From positions 40,465 through 104,464 of IMG/VR virus record IMGVR_UViG_3300028832_000114: a stretch of 64,000 nucleotides of DNA. The stretch is one strand, 5' to 3'. The DNA is from a virus. Taxonomy: Duplodnaviria > Caudoviricetes. The position numbers were made by a program, and so were the translations under genes. Within the stretch, counting starts at the first letter, position 1; each line of letters begins with the position of its first letter. Under the pieces are notes generated by a model. That model was not told the DNA's origin. It saw only the letters and a program-made list of their open reading frames with translations, and ran no database searches. This document shows positions 12,607 to 22,530 of the stretch, in pieces.

Positions 12607-13096
12607 AATTGCTGGGTTAAATGGAAATGATTTTGTCAATGGAGAAGGTGTAAGCGTTAGCTTATTCCTTCAAGGTTGTCATTTTCATTGTAAAGGATGT
12701 CATAATCCTGAAACTTGGAATCCTGAAGGCGGAATTGAAGTTGATGAAGGAGATTTAATTCAACAAATTTTAACATTAATAAATGCTAATAATATTACTC
12801 GTAATCTTAGTATCTTAGGTGGAGAACCACTTGATACCGAACAAAAAAGATATTTTTTAAGAGAATTAATAATACGAGTAAGATATTATTATCCAGAAAT
12901 TAAAATTGTGCTTTGGACAGGATATAAATATAATGATATAAAAGATAAAGAAGATTTTAAATATATATTAGAAAATATAGATTATTTGATTGAAGGCCCT
13001 TTTATATTAGAGGAACGCGACATAACGCTTAAATGGCGCGGCAGCCGCAATCAAAATATAAGAAATATGAAAACAGGAGAAAACATCAATGATTAA
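12599..13096 (+). CDS. nrdG: Anaerobic RNR activase (radical SAM)
   Basis: GCHFHCKGCHNPETW, LGGEP and RGSRNQ motifs; overlaps the nrdD stop. Confidence 0.95.
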   Translation: MIRIAGLNGNDFVNGEGVSVSLFLQGCHFHCKGCHNPETWNPEGGIEVDEGDLIQQILTLINANNITRNLSILGGEPLDTEQKRYFLRELIIRVRYYYPEIKIVLWTGYKYNDIKDKEDFKYILENIDYLIEGPFILEERDITLKWRGSRNQNIRNMKTGENIND

Positions 13097-13250
13097 TTTT
13101 TTAAAAATATTTTTTCCAGCTCTTATGGTAACTGGAGCAGTTGGTAGCTGCGTTGTAAATCTTGTTACAGATAAATCTAATTGGCCTGTAACATTGCAAT
13201 GGTTTGGAGCTGCATTGCTATATACAGCATTATTATTTAGAAACAAATAA
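13089..13250 (+). CDS. Small 53-aa membrane protein (two hydrophobic segments)
   Basis: GGAG RBS; MINFLKIFFPALMVTGAVGSCVVNLV...WFGAALLYTALLFRNK. Confidence 0.6.
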   Translation: MINFLKIFFPALMVTGAVGSCVVNLVTDKSNWPVTLQWFGAALLYTALLFRNK

Positions 13251-13255
13251 AAGGT

Positions 13256-13299
13256 AAGGAGGTAAGTTATAATTTATTAAAATAGCTTACCTCCTTTTT
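13256..13299 (+). terminator. Rho-independent terminator
   Basis: AAGGAGGTAAGTTAT / ATAGCTTACCTCCTT stem followed by a T-run. Confidence 0.75.
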
Positions 13300-13320
13300 C
13301 TTATTTTTCAGGGGGTAATC

Positions 13321-14253
13321 ATGGAAAGAAAAGAAATATGTGATAAGATTTATTACATGACTAAAAAAAGAAAATCTTTTAAAACCGTTTGTCAAGAATT
13401 AAATTTAAAAGATTATGAAGTTATAGGTTTAGTAACTATAATGGCACAAGAGGGATATAATATTGATTTTGTAGATGGAGAGCTTATTATTAGAAAAGTT
13501 CCTAAACAAAATCAAGATGTTTATGAAATTCCATATAATTTAGAACATTTAAAATTATTATTAATTAGTGATACTCATTTATGTTCTAAATATGATAGAT
13601 TAGATATTTTAAAATATTTATATTCAAAAGCAGAAGATAAAGGTATTCAACATATATTACACTCAGGTGATTTTACTGATGGTCGTTCAAATAGACCAGA
13701 ACATGTATATGAATTAAAAGAGCATTCTTATGAAGGACAAGTTGATTATTGTGTTGATAGATATCCTCAATTTAATGGAAAAACATATATAATTTCAGGT
13801 AATCATGATGACTGGTGGTATAAATCTGCAGGAAGTGAAATTGTAAAAACAATAGCTAAACAAAGAGAAGATATGGTTTATTTAGGTCCTGATGTTGCAG
13901 ATTTAAAAATTGGTAAATTAAAAATTAGATTATTTCATGGAATGGGCGGCGGCGCATATGCTAAATCTTATAAATTACAAAAATATTTAGATAGCATTCC
14001 AACCGCAGAAAGACCTGATATTTTACAAACAGGACATACTCATCAATCATTCTATATGAAACAAGATGGTACACATTGTTTTCAAACCAGCTGTTTAGAA
14101 GATCAAACGCCATATTGTAGAAGTATGGGTATGGGAAATGATAAATCATGTTGATGAGTTGATGTAGACTTTGATGATAAGGGAAATATTTATAGTATTA
14201 AACCTGAATTAGAAACATTTGGAGACAAGAAAATTTATACTAAAAGGAAGTAG
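13321..14253 (+). CDS. Calcineurin-like metallophosphoesterase with HTH-like N-terminus
   Basis: ISDTH, HSGDFTDG, SGNHD, FHG and GHTH motifs; tandem TGA-TGA (WW) at 14152-14157, stop TAG at 14253. Confidence 0.85.
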
Positions 14254-14258
14254 TTTTT

Positions 14259-14678
14259 ATGAAAGATGTTACACAATGAATGATAAACAGCTATGGGTTA
14301 GATGATAAGGGCTATGATTTTATGGGTTATACTTTTACAGATCAAAGACAATTAAGCTTTCATCATCTCATCGTTCCTAAAAAAGATTGCCCTAAATTAA
14401 GATTGGGCAATGGATACTTTTTATGAAATGGAGCTATTTTAAAACAACTAACCTCACATAATTATTTACACGTAATAGAAAGAATAGATAGAAATACTTT
14501 TTTAAAAATTACACAAATATTAATAGCAGAAAATCAAACAGGAGAAATAAATATAGAATTATTAAAACAAATTAGATTTTTATTAGAACATTTTGAAAAA
14601 GAGCATTATGATGAAACTGATAAAAAAGGCAAAATTTTAATTAAATCGAAATATATAACAGAAAGGATCCCGCTATAA
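14259..14678 (+). CDS. HNH-like nuclease-fold protein (2 TGA)
   Basis: SFHHLIVPK...G...WNGAIL...SHNYLH pattern; fills the gap exactly up to the next ATG. Confidence 0.55.
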
Positions 14679-14960
14679 ATGACAATAGAAGAAAAAATAC
14701 AAAAACATCAAGAATTATTGAATATCCTACATGAAGTTTATATTGCAAAAAATCATGATTATGGGGATAGTGTTCATGATACTTATAATAAATATGGAAT
14801 AGTTTCTTTTTTGGTAAGACTTGAAGATAAATTAAATAGAGCTAGAACAATTAGTTCTAAATCTCAAATGGTAGAAGATGAAAAATTGAAAGACACTTTA
14901 TTAGATATGGCAAACTATGCTATTTTAGCAATTTTAGAGTTGGAGGATAATAATGGATAA
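14679..14960 (+). CDS. DUF1599 / nucleotide-modification-associated domain 1 protein
   Basis: KNHDYGDS...VRLEDKLNR...[12 protein letters not shown] signature. Confidence 0.8.
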   Translation: MTIEEKIQKHQELLNILHEVYIAKNHDYGDSVHDTYNKYGIVSFLVRLEDKLNRARTISSKSQMVEDEKLKDTLLDMANYAILAILELEDNNG

Positions 14961-16182
14961 AAAAATAAAAGAAGCATTAGAAAAAGAAATTATAAGACAA
15001 CAACAAAATATTGAATTAATTGCGAGTGAAAATTATGTATCTAATGATATATTAAAATTACAAGGAAGTATATTTACAAATAAATATGCAGAAGGATATC
15101 CCTCTAAAAGATATTATGGGGGATGTGAAAATGTTGATACTGTTGAACAATTAGCTATTGATTATGTATGTAAATTATTTAATGTAAAATATGCAAATGT
15201 TCAACCTCATAGTGGTAGCAGTGCTAATATGGCGGTATATAGAGCATTATTACAACCTGGTGATACTGTATTAGGCATGAATTTAAGTTCCGGTGGACAT
15301 TTAACACACGGATATAAATTAAATTTTAGTGGAAAAGATTATAATATTATTAGTTATGATGTTGATTATAATGGATATATTAATTATGATAATATTGAAG
15401 AATTAGCACTACAATATAAACCTAAAATGATTATAGCAGGCGCTTCCGCATATCCAAGAAAAATAGATTTTGCAAGATTTAAAGATATTGCAGATAAATG
15501 TGGTGCATATTTAATGGTTGATATGGCACACATAGCTGGATTAGTTGCGGCAGGTTTTCATCAAAATCCTTGTGATTATGCAGATGTAGTAACTTCCACT
15601 ACACATAAAACACTACGTGGACCTCGTGGAGGAATTATATTAACAAATAATAGTGAAATTAGTAAAATAATTAATAAAACAATATTCCCAGGTATTCAAG
15701 GTGGACCTTTAGAGCATGTAATCGCCGCAAAAGCTCAGTGTTTTTATGAGGCACTACAATCCGATTTTAAAGAATATCAAAAACAAGTATTAAAAAATAT
15801 TACAGCAATGGCTGAAGAGTTTCGTTCACTTGGGGTTTCTTTAGTAAGTGATGGCACTGATAATCATTTAATTTTAGTTGATGTATTTCACTCTTTTGGT
15901 TTAACAGGGGCGGAAGCAGAAATAATTTTAGATAAAATTCATATTACAGTTAATAAAAACACTATTCCAGGAGAAACATTAAAAGCAACTGAGGCAAGTG
16001 GTATTAGAATTGGTAGTCCTGCTATGACAACTAAAGGACTTAAAGAAGAAGATTTTAAAACAATAGCAGATATTATTTATATGGCTTTATCTTTAAGAAC
16101 TGATAAAAATGCATTAGAAAGACAAAAAGAAAGGGTATTAGAAATTACAAATAAAATTTATTATGAGCAAACTAATTTTTAG
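14953..16182 (+). CDS. glyA: Serine hydroxymethyltransferase
   Basis: [34 protein letters not shown] and FPGIQGGP motifs. Confidence 0.97.
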   Translation: MDKKIKEALEKEIIRQQQNIELIASENYVSNDILKLQGSIFTNKYAEGYPSKRYYGGCENVDTVEQLAIDYVCKLFNVKYANVQPHSGSSANMAVYRALLQPGDTVLGMNLSSGGHLTHGYKLNFSGKDYNIISYDVDYNGYINYDNIEELALQYKPKMIIAGASAYPRKIDFARFKDIADKCGAYLMVDMAHIAGLVAAGFHQNPCDYADVVTSTTHKTLRGPRGGIILTNNSEISKIINKTIFPGIQGGPLEHVIAAKAQCFYEALQSDFKEYQKQVLKNITAMAEEFRSLGVSLVSDGTDNHLILVDVFHSFGLTGAEAEIILDKIHITVNKNTIPGETLKATEASGIRIGSPAMTTKGLKEEDFKTIADIIYMALSLRTDKNALERQKERVLEITNKIYYEQTNF

Positions 16183-16738
16183 ATATAGTGCTATGAATAG
16201 TGGCAAAACAACCAATTTGTTACAAGTAGCACATAATTATGAAGAACGCGGGTTTATGGTTAAAATAGCTAAACCTGAAATAGATACAAAGGCGGATGAC
16301 CGTGTTTCTAGCCGCATTGGACTAGAACGAAAGGTAGACTACCTAATACCGCCGCAAGGAGAAATATCAATAGATCTAAGAACTAATGTGCTATTGATTG
16401 ACGAAGCACAATTTCTAAATAAAGAACAAATAGATCAATTATATGAAATATCAAAATTATATAATATTTTAATTATTTGCTATGGTTTAAGAACGGATTT
16501 CCGCATGCAAGGATTTCCTGGGGCTACTCGTCTACTAGAAATAGCTGATGAAATTGAAGAATTAAAAACTATTTGCTCTTGTGGCAAAAAGGCTACATTT
16601 AATCTTCGTCTAATTAATGGTTTTCCAACATTTGAAGGAGACCAAGTGTCTATTGATAATCAAGAAGAAATAAAATATGATAGTATATGCGGGGATTGTT
16701 ATTTAAAATTAAAACAAGGAGCTAAAAATGGATTATAA
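16163..16738 (+). CDS. tdk: Thymidine kinase
   Basis: [22 protein letters not shown] and CxC...C Zn sites. Confidence 0.95.
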   Translation: MSKLIFRYSAMNSGKTTNLLQVAHNYEERGFMVKIAKPEIDTKADDRVSSRIGLERKVDYLIPPQGEISIDLRTNVLLIDEAQFLNKEQIDQLYEISKLYNILIICYGLRTDFRMQGFPGATRLLEIADEIEELKTICSCGKKATFNLRLINGFPTFEGDQVSIDNQEEIKYDSICGDCYLKLKQGAKNGL

Positions 16739-17351
16739 AATTGAAACTAAAATTACTGATTTTGATATTAATTGAAAAAAAATAAAATCAGCATGTATGA
16801 CTACTATATCAAAAGAAGCTGGAGATAAAGAACCATCAAGTGAATGAAAAAGAAAATTATTATTATGTGAGCATAGTCCTATTCGTCGCGGTACTGTAAG
16901 TTGGAAGTGAGATGCTATTCCCTATGCAATTTCAACTCATTTTGTAAGACATCATGAAGGTGTAGAAAAATGGGTAGGCACTCAAAGAGCTGATAGAACA
17001 GAAGTAAAAGATAGAAGTGAAAGAAGCCAAATGAATCCAGTCCCTATGGAGATGGAAGCTAATATTCAAGCATTAATTAATATATCATATAAAAGACTTT
17101 GTACTTGTGCAGATCCACTTACTAGAAAATATTGGGAAAATACTTTATTAGCAATTAAGGAATATGATGAAGATATATTCTGGGCTTGTGTTCCTCAATG
17201 TATTAGATGTGGAGGATGCCCTGAATATAAAACTTGTGGATATTATGAACAATTTGCAAAAAATCTAACAATGGAAGAACAAATAGATATTCATAAAAGA
17301 TATGATAAATATAATGAAGAAAGAGCTAAAAGACTAACTTTGAAAAAATAA
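16728..17351 (+). CDS. thyX: Flavin-dependent thymidylate synthase (ThyX-like; 3 TGA)
   Basis: With TGA=W gives EHSPIR, STHFVRH..TQRADR, RLCTCA and VPQCIRCGGCPE; extends ORF 17031-17351 by 101 aa. Confidence 0.8.
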
Positions 17352-17368
17352 AAAAAATATATTATAAT
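17340..17368 (+). promoter_or_regulatory. SigA-type promoter
   Basis: TTGAAA-N17-TATAAT upstream of def. Confidence 0.75.
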
Positions 17369-17402
17369 ATTTATATATAAAATAAGAAAAGAGGTAAAAA
17401 AT

Positions 17403-17888
17403 ATGATAAGACCAATTTTAACATATCCTGCGGATAAAGAAATATTAACACAAAAAAGTGTTGAAGTAACAGAATTTAATGATGAAATAAAAGAAATTAT
17501 AACCGATTTAATTGATACATTAAAAAATTCAACTGGTGCAGGCATTTCCGCAATTCAAATTGGAAAACCTTATCGTATTTGTGTTATAAATTGGTGTGAT
17601 ATTCATGTTTTAGTTAACCCAAAAATAACTAGAACAAGAGGAACTCATTCAATGAGGGAAGGCTGTTTATCAGTTCCTGGATTATTTGTTGATCATGAAC
17701 GAGCTCAAAAAGTATGGATCACTGCACTAAACGAAAATGGTGAAGAATATGAATATGCTGAGGGCGGCAATGGTAGCTATATTGCTCAACATGAATTAGA
17801 CCATTTTGAAGGTACTTGTTCATTATTCCAAGCATATGATGAAATAGAAAAAAATATAGGGGTTGAAAAGAAAAATGAAAATAATTAA
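17403..17888 (+). CDS. def: Peptide deformylase
   Basis: GAGISAIQIG, EGCLS and QHELDHFEG motifs. Confidence 0.95.
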   Translation: MIRPILTYPADKEILTQKSVEVTEFNDEIKEIITDLIDTLKNSTGAGISAIQIGKPYRICVINWCDIHVLVNPKITRTRGTHSMREGCLSVPGLFVDHERAQKVWITALNENGEEYEYAEGGNGSYIAQHELDHFEGTCSLFQAYDEIEKNIGVEKKNENN

Positions 17889-18378
17889 AAGATTTTTATT
17901 AAATAGAAAATTAAAAAAAGAATATAAAAGAAAAATATTAGAACATAAAACAAAATTAATTCAAATTTTTAGAGAATTATTACAATGAAAAGATTGTGAT
18001 TGGATAACTAAAGACTTGGATGTAATGAATAATTTATGGTATAGAATATTAGAACATGATGATAGTCTATATGATAAAATAGAAATGAAAATATTTAAAA
18101 ATCCTGATGGGAATTATTCTCAAGAAGAATATGACGCCGCAGTTCAACATCACATAAATAATAACGACCATCATTGGGAGAATAGAGTAGATGACCAAAT
18201 TTTAACCTTACAAACTAAGCTAGCCTGTGTTGAAAATCTACTAGATTGAATGTCTTATAAAACAGCTCCTTATGAAGAATGATTTACATTCATTGAAAAT
18301 ACAAAACTACCAGAAATACAAAAAAACTTCATGAAAGAATTTATGTGAGTAATAATAAATAATAAAATGGAGGTATAA
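17875..18378 (+). CDS. HD-like phosphohydrolase, DUF5662-like (4 TGA)
   Basis: HK...HDDS...HHINNNDHHWE...ENLLDW pattern. Confidence 0.55.
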
Positions 18379-18380
18379 TT

Positions 18381-18557
18381 ATGTTATGGTTTTGGATATT
18401 AGTTGGAATAGTAGTAGTATTAACAATAATATTTGTAATCTGCGCTATTATAACTGGTAAAAGTATGGAAGCATATTACACAGGACTAGATGACGAAGAG
18501 AGGTATTTAAATGATATTCCAGAAAAACAAGAAGAAAAAATTAAAGAAGAAGAATAG
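18381..18557 (+). CDS. Small single-pass membrane protein
   Basis: GGAGG RBS; hydrophobic N-terminus MLWFWILVGIVVVLTIIFVICAII, acidic tail. Confidence 0.6.
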   Translation: MLWFWILVGIVVVLTIIFVICAIITGKSMEAYYTGLDDEERYLNDIPEKQEEKIKEEE

Positions 18558-18963
18558 CACTGTTGAAATGGGAACTTCTCTTTACGAAGTAAATAAAGGG
18601 CTTGTAGAAAAAAATGTTCCTGATTTAACAGATGAAGAAATGCAAAATAAAAAAACATTAATAATTGATTTTATAAATAATACAAGTAATCAATATTATA
18701 TGTTATTATGCAATGATAAAAAAGATTATACAATATTTAGAAGAGAAACGAATGAAAATAAAGATTTCTTAGACAATCTTGAAACTCCAGACCGCGATAG
18801 ATTATGGAATGTATTAATTGATGAATGTCTTCCTAACCGCGGCCGCACAAAATCAATAGAATTAACTGAAAATCAAGATGCTGTTGAGATATGGATCTCA
18901 ATTGAGAGCGAAAGTTATTGCTATATGTTTTTTCCATATGATGCAGCTATCATTGAATGTTAG
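18511..18963 (+). CDS. Hypothetical protein
   Basis: 150-aa ORF, GAGG RBS, ends TAG. Confidence 0.7.
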   Translation: MIFQKNKKKKLKKKNSTVEMGTSLYEVNKGLVEKNVPDLTDEEMQNKKTLIIDFINNTSNQYYMLLCNDKKDYTIFRRETNENKDFLDNLETPDRDRLWNVLIDECLPNRGRTKSIELTENQDAVEIWISIESESYCYMFFPYDAAIIEC

Positions 18964-18972
18964 GAGGATAAA

Positions 18973-19239
18973 ATGACAATTATTGCAAATGTAAAAGGTT
19001 TTACTTTAGCACATCCAGTTATGGTTGTTGATAATGATAAAGTCGTTTATGCAACAAAAGCATCTTTAAAAGATATGCCTGAATTACTTTCTCATTTTGC
19101 TCAAACTTATAATTGTAATCATATTACTTTTGTAGGTAATCAAAAATTTGCTGAGAAAATGGCAAATCAAACTAAAGATATTTTTAAAGCTAAATATAGT
19201 AAAGAAACTGAATTAGAAATTGAATACATTACTAAATAA
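18973..19239 (+). CDS. Hypothetical protein
   Basis: GGAGG RBS, 88 aa. Confidence 0.7.
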   Translation: MTIIANVKGFTLAHPVMVVDNDKVVYATKASLKDMPELLSHFAQTYNCNHITFVGNQKFAEKMANQTKDIFKAKYSKETELEIEYITK

Positions 19240-19255
19240 TAGTAATGTTTTTTTG

Positions 19256-19284
19256 TTGAAAAAAATAAAAAAATAGAGTATAAT
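19256..19284 (+). promoter_or_regulatory. SigA-type promoter
   Basis: TTGAAA-N17-TATAAT. Confidence 0.75.
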
Positions 19285-19316
19285 AAAGTATAAAGGAAAG
19301 AAAAGGAGATAAAATT

Positions 19317-19568
19317 ATGAAATATTTATTAGAAACAACTGAATCTTATAGAGTTAGTACTGAAGAAGAAGTAACTCAATTAATAGAAAATGCAAAAAAA
19401 GATAATCATTATATATTAAAAAAACACACTTCACAAATTAAAGAGCGTAAACAAAAAGGTGAGGTTGTTGATATGTGGTATAAAGTAACCTTAACAAAAT
19501 ATTTTACAAGTGAAAAAGAACCTGAAGGAACAACAGAAATTGTTTATAATGAGGGGAGCGCATTTTAA
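19317..19568 (+). CDS. Hypothetical protein
   Basis: AGGAG RBS, 83 aa. Confidence 0.7.
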   Translation: MKYLLETTESYRVSTEEEVTQLIENAKKDNHYILKKHTSQIKERKQKGEVVDMWYKVTLTKYFTSEKEPEGTTEIVYNEGSAF

Positions 19569-19570
19569 TT

Positions 19571-20005
19571 ATGGAAATAAAATATAAAAAATTAGATTCA
19601 AATGCAAAAGAACCAACTCAAGGGAGTCCATATGCAGCAGGATATGATTTATATGCAGCAACAGATAAAGCAACAGGAATTAGACCGCATACAACAGTAA
19701 AGATTGGAACTGGTATTGCTATTGAGTTACCTGAAAATACCTTTGGTGCTATTTTTGCTAGAAGCGGACTTGCTACAAAACAAGGATTGCGTCCTGCAAA
19801 TTGTGTAGGAGTAGTTGATTCGGATTATAGAGGAGAAGTTATTGTAGCATTACACAATGATACAGATAATATACAAGTTATTTCATCTGGTGATCGTATA
19901 GCTCAATTGGTAGTTATGCCTTATATACCTGTTAGATTTATTGAAACAGAAGAATTAACAGATACTGTCCGTGGTGATGGTGGATTTGGTTCTACAGGAG
20001 TTTAA
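19571..20005 (+). CDS. dut: Trimeric dUTPase
   Basis: AAGYDL, ARSGLA, GVVDSDYRGE, RIAQL and RGDGGFGSTG motifs. Confidence 0.97.
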   Translation: MEIKYKKLDSNAKEPTQGSPYAAGYDLYAATDKATGIRPHTTVKIGTGIAIELPENTFGAIFARSGLATKQGLRPANCVGVVDSDYRGEVIVALHNDTDNIQVISSGDRIAQLVVMPYIPVRFIETEELTDTVRGDGGFGSTGV

Positions 20006-20006
20006 T

Positions 20007-20210
20007 ATGTTTGCAGCTCTAATGGGATTGCTTACAGCCCAAAACAATCTTAGAATGACTCAAGCAAGATTAATAACTCATCATATACCAATTAATAATA
20101 ATGATATTGAAAAAGAACAAAAAGAAAAAGAAGAATATAAACCAAAGCATGAAGAAGAATTTTATAGACCTAAACATGCTAGTGAAATAGATATGTCAAT
20201 ATCAATTTAG
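20007..20210 (+). CDS. Hypothetical 67-aa protein
   Basis: GGAG RBS then ATG at 20007; short YKPKH/YRPKH repeat. Confidence 0.5.
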   Translation: MFAALMGLLTAQNNLRMTQARLITHHIPINNNDIEKEQKEKEEYKPKHEEEFYRPKHASEIDMSISI

Positions 20211-20218
20211 GAGGAAAA

Positions 20219-21145
20219 ATGAAATATTTAATTACAGGTAGCGGTTATTTGGCTAAAAATTTAATAGCTAGATTGTTAAACCACCCAGACACTGAAAAAA
20301 TTAAAATCTTTTCAAGAGCAGAAAAAGAACAATGAGAAACAAAAACTCTTTTTAATAATGATTCTAGATTAGAATTTATTATTGGAGATGTTAGAGATTA
20401 TCAAGCAATTTGTACTGCTTTTGTTGACGTAGATCGTTGTATTCATACTGGCGCAATTAAAAGAATTGAAGTTGCAGAAAAACAACCAATGGAAGCAATT
20501 AAAACTAATGTAATTGGTAGTATGAATGTTATAAATGCGGCAATCGCTAATAAAGTTAAAAAACTTATACTTATCTCAACTGACAAAGCGACTTCCGCAA
20601 CCACTTGCTATGGCAGTACTAAATTCTTAATGGAATGTATGGCATATGCAAACGAAAGTGATACAGATATTATTTGCACTCGTTATGGAAATGTATTTGG
20701 TTCAACCGGCAGTGTTGTTCCAATATTTGATGAATTAAGCAAACAAGGTAAACCATTAACTATTAGAAATGGAGAAATGACTCGTTTCTTTATGGAAGTA
20801 AGTAAATGTGTTGATATTATTATAACTGCATTAGATTGTGGGAAAAATGGAGAATTATGGATATATGCTAGTAAAGCCTGTACAATTAAAGATCTAGCCG
20901 ATGCTTTTGGCGGAGAACAAATTATTACTGGTGTAGAAAACATTGAAAAAAATGATGAAGCCCTTATTACTATTAATGAATTAAATCACAGTATAAAAGC
21001 TGATGAATATTATATTATTCGTAAAGATTATAAAAGTGACATTGAATATACAGAGCCGTTAACAAGTTATACAGCAGAAAGATTAACACAAGATGAAATT
21101 AAACAAATGATTAAGAATTGGAGGATGGCAAATGATAAAAGTTAG
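20219..21145 (+). CDS. UDP-GlcNAc 4,6-dehydratase/epimerase (PseB/CapD/FnlA-like SDR; 1 TGA)
   Basis: YLITGSGYL Rossmann start, FSRAEKEQW, IGDVRD, ISTDKA, YGSTK, RYGNVFGSTGSV and MTRF motifs. Confidence 0.85.
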
Positions 21146-21716
21146 TATCTTAATGCCAGCCTTCAATGCTGAACGTTTTATTCGAAATGCTTTAGCAAGC
21201 ATTCCAAAAACTGACGAGATAGAAATTATAGTTGTTAATGATGGCTCTACAGATAAAACTGCGGCAATAGCTAAAGAATTTGATGTAAAATTAATTGACC
21301 GTAAGAAAAATATGGGCGTTGGTTATTCGCGCAAAGAGGCGCTTGCCGCCGCACAAGGTGAATACATAATGTTCTTTGATAGTGATGATACTATTAATAC
21401 TGAAAATTTTAAAAAAGTAGTAGAAATGTTAGATGGAACTGATATAGTTTATTACGATATGATAAATAATAATGGAGAAATATATCATTTAAATGATTAT
21501 TATAAAACAAAAGTTGTAGGAATGGTTAAATTTATTAGAAGAGAATATGCAAATAAATTTGATTATCCAGCACTACCAAGATACGAAGACGTAACTTTTA
21601 ATGAAATGTTACAAAGTCTTCCACATACAGAAAAATTTTCTAATTTAATTGTAGTAAACTATAATAACCCTAGATATGATAGCACTAGCGCAAAATGGCT
21701 TAGAGGTGAATTATAA
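21132..21716 (+). CDS. GT2 family glycosyltransferase
   Basis: VSILMPAFN, VNDGSTD, FFDSDD and YEDV motifs. Confidence 0.9.
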   Translation: MIKVSILMPAFNAERFIRNALASIPKTDEIEIIVVNDGSTDKTAAIAKEFDVKLIDRKKNMGVGYSRKEALAAAQGEYIMFFDSDDTINTENFKKVVEMLDGTDIVYYDMINNNGEIYHLNDYYKTKVVGMVKFIRREYANKFDYPALPRYEDVTFNEMLQSLPHTEKFSNLIVVNYNNPRYDSTSAKWLRGEL

Positions 21717-21717
21717 A

Positions 21718-22530
21718 ATGAAAATCAAATTATATTCACAATATCGTAGGTTTAATGATTTTCAAGAGCCAAAATATATTCAATGAGATCCAGACGGACA
21801 AATAGAAGCATATCATGATGTTTTTATCTCGGCGGCAATTCATAATAAAAATAACGGAAAAAAGAAAATTGCAATTATAACAGAACCAAGATGTGTTTGG
21901 CAACATGTTTTTGGAAACTTTGATATAGAACTATTTTTAAAAAGACAATATAATCTTTTTCAATATATATTTACATTTGATAATGAAATATTAAAATTGC
22001 CTAATGCTAAACCAATAGGTTTTCCTGGAATATGATATTCAGGAGACGAAGAAAAAACAAAAAATATCTCTATGTGTTGTTCTAATAAATCTATGTGTCC
22101 ATCACATCTTAAAAGAAAAAAAGTTGCAGATAAATTAAAAAATAAAGTTGATATATTAGGAGATTATTTAGGAGAAGCAAGAGCTTCAACAAAAGACATA
22201 TATAGTCAATATAAATACAGTGTTGTGTTAGAAAATGATTGCTCTTATTGATATTATACAGAAAAAGTTATTAATGCTTTTGCTAATAAATGTATTCCAA
22301 TTTATTATGGTACGCCTAGAATATTAGAACTATTTAATCCAAAAGGAATAATTTTTGTTGAAAATTTAGATAAAATAGAAGAAATTATTGATAATCTAAA
22401 CCCTCACTATTATGAAGAAAATATAGACGCAGTAAATGAAAATTTTGAACTAGCAAAAAAATATAGTTGTTATGAAGATTGCCTATATTTAGATTATCAA
22501 AAAGAATTGGAGGACTTATGAAAATATTAG
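21718..22530 (+). CDS. GT10-like (alpha-1,3-fucosyltransferase-type) glycosyltransferase; invisible in code 11
   Basis: With TGA=W gives YKYSVVLEND..WYYTEKVINAF..CIPIYYG, matching the GT10 motif. Confidence 0.75.
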
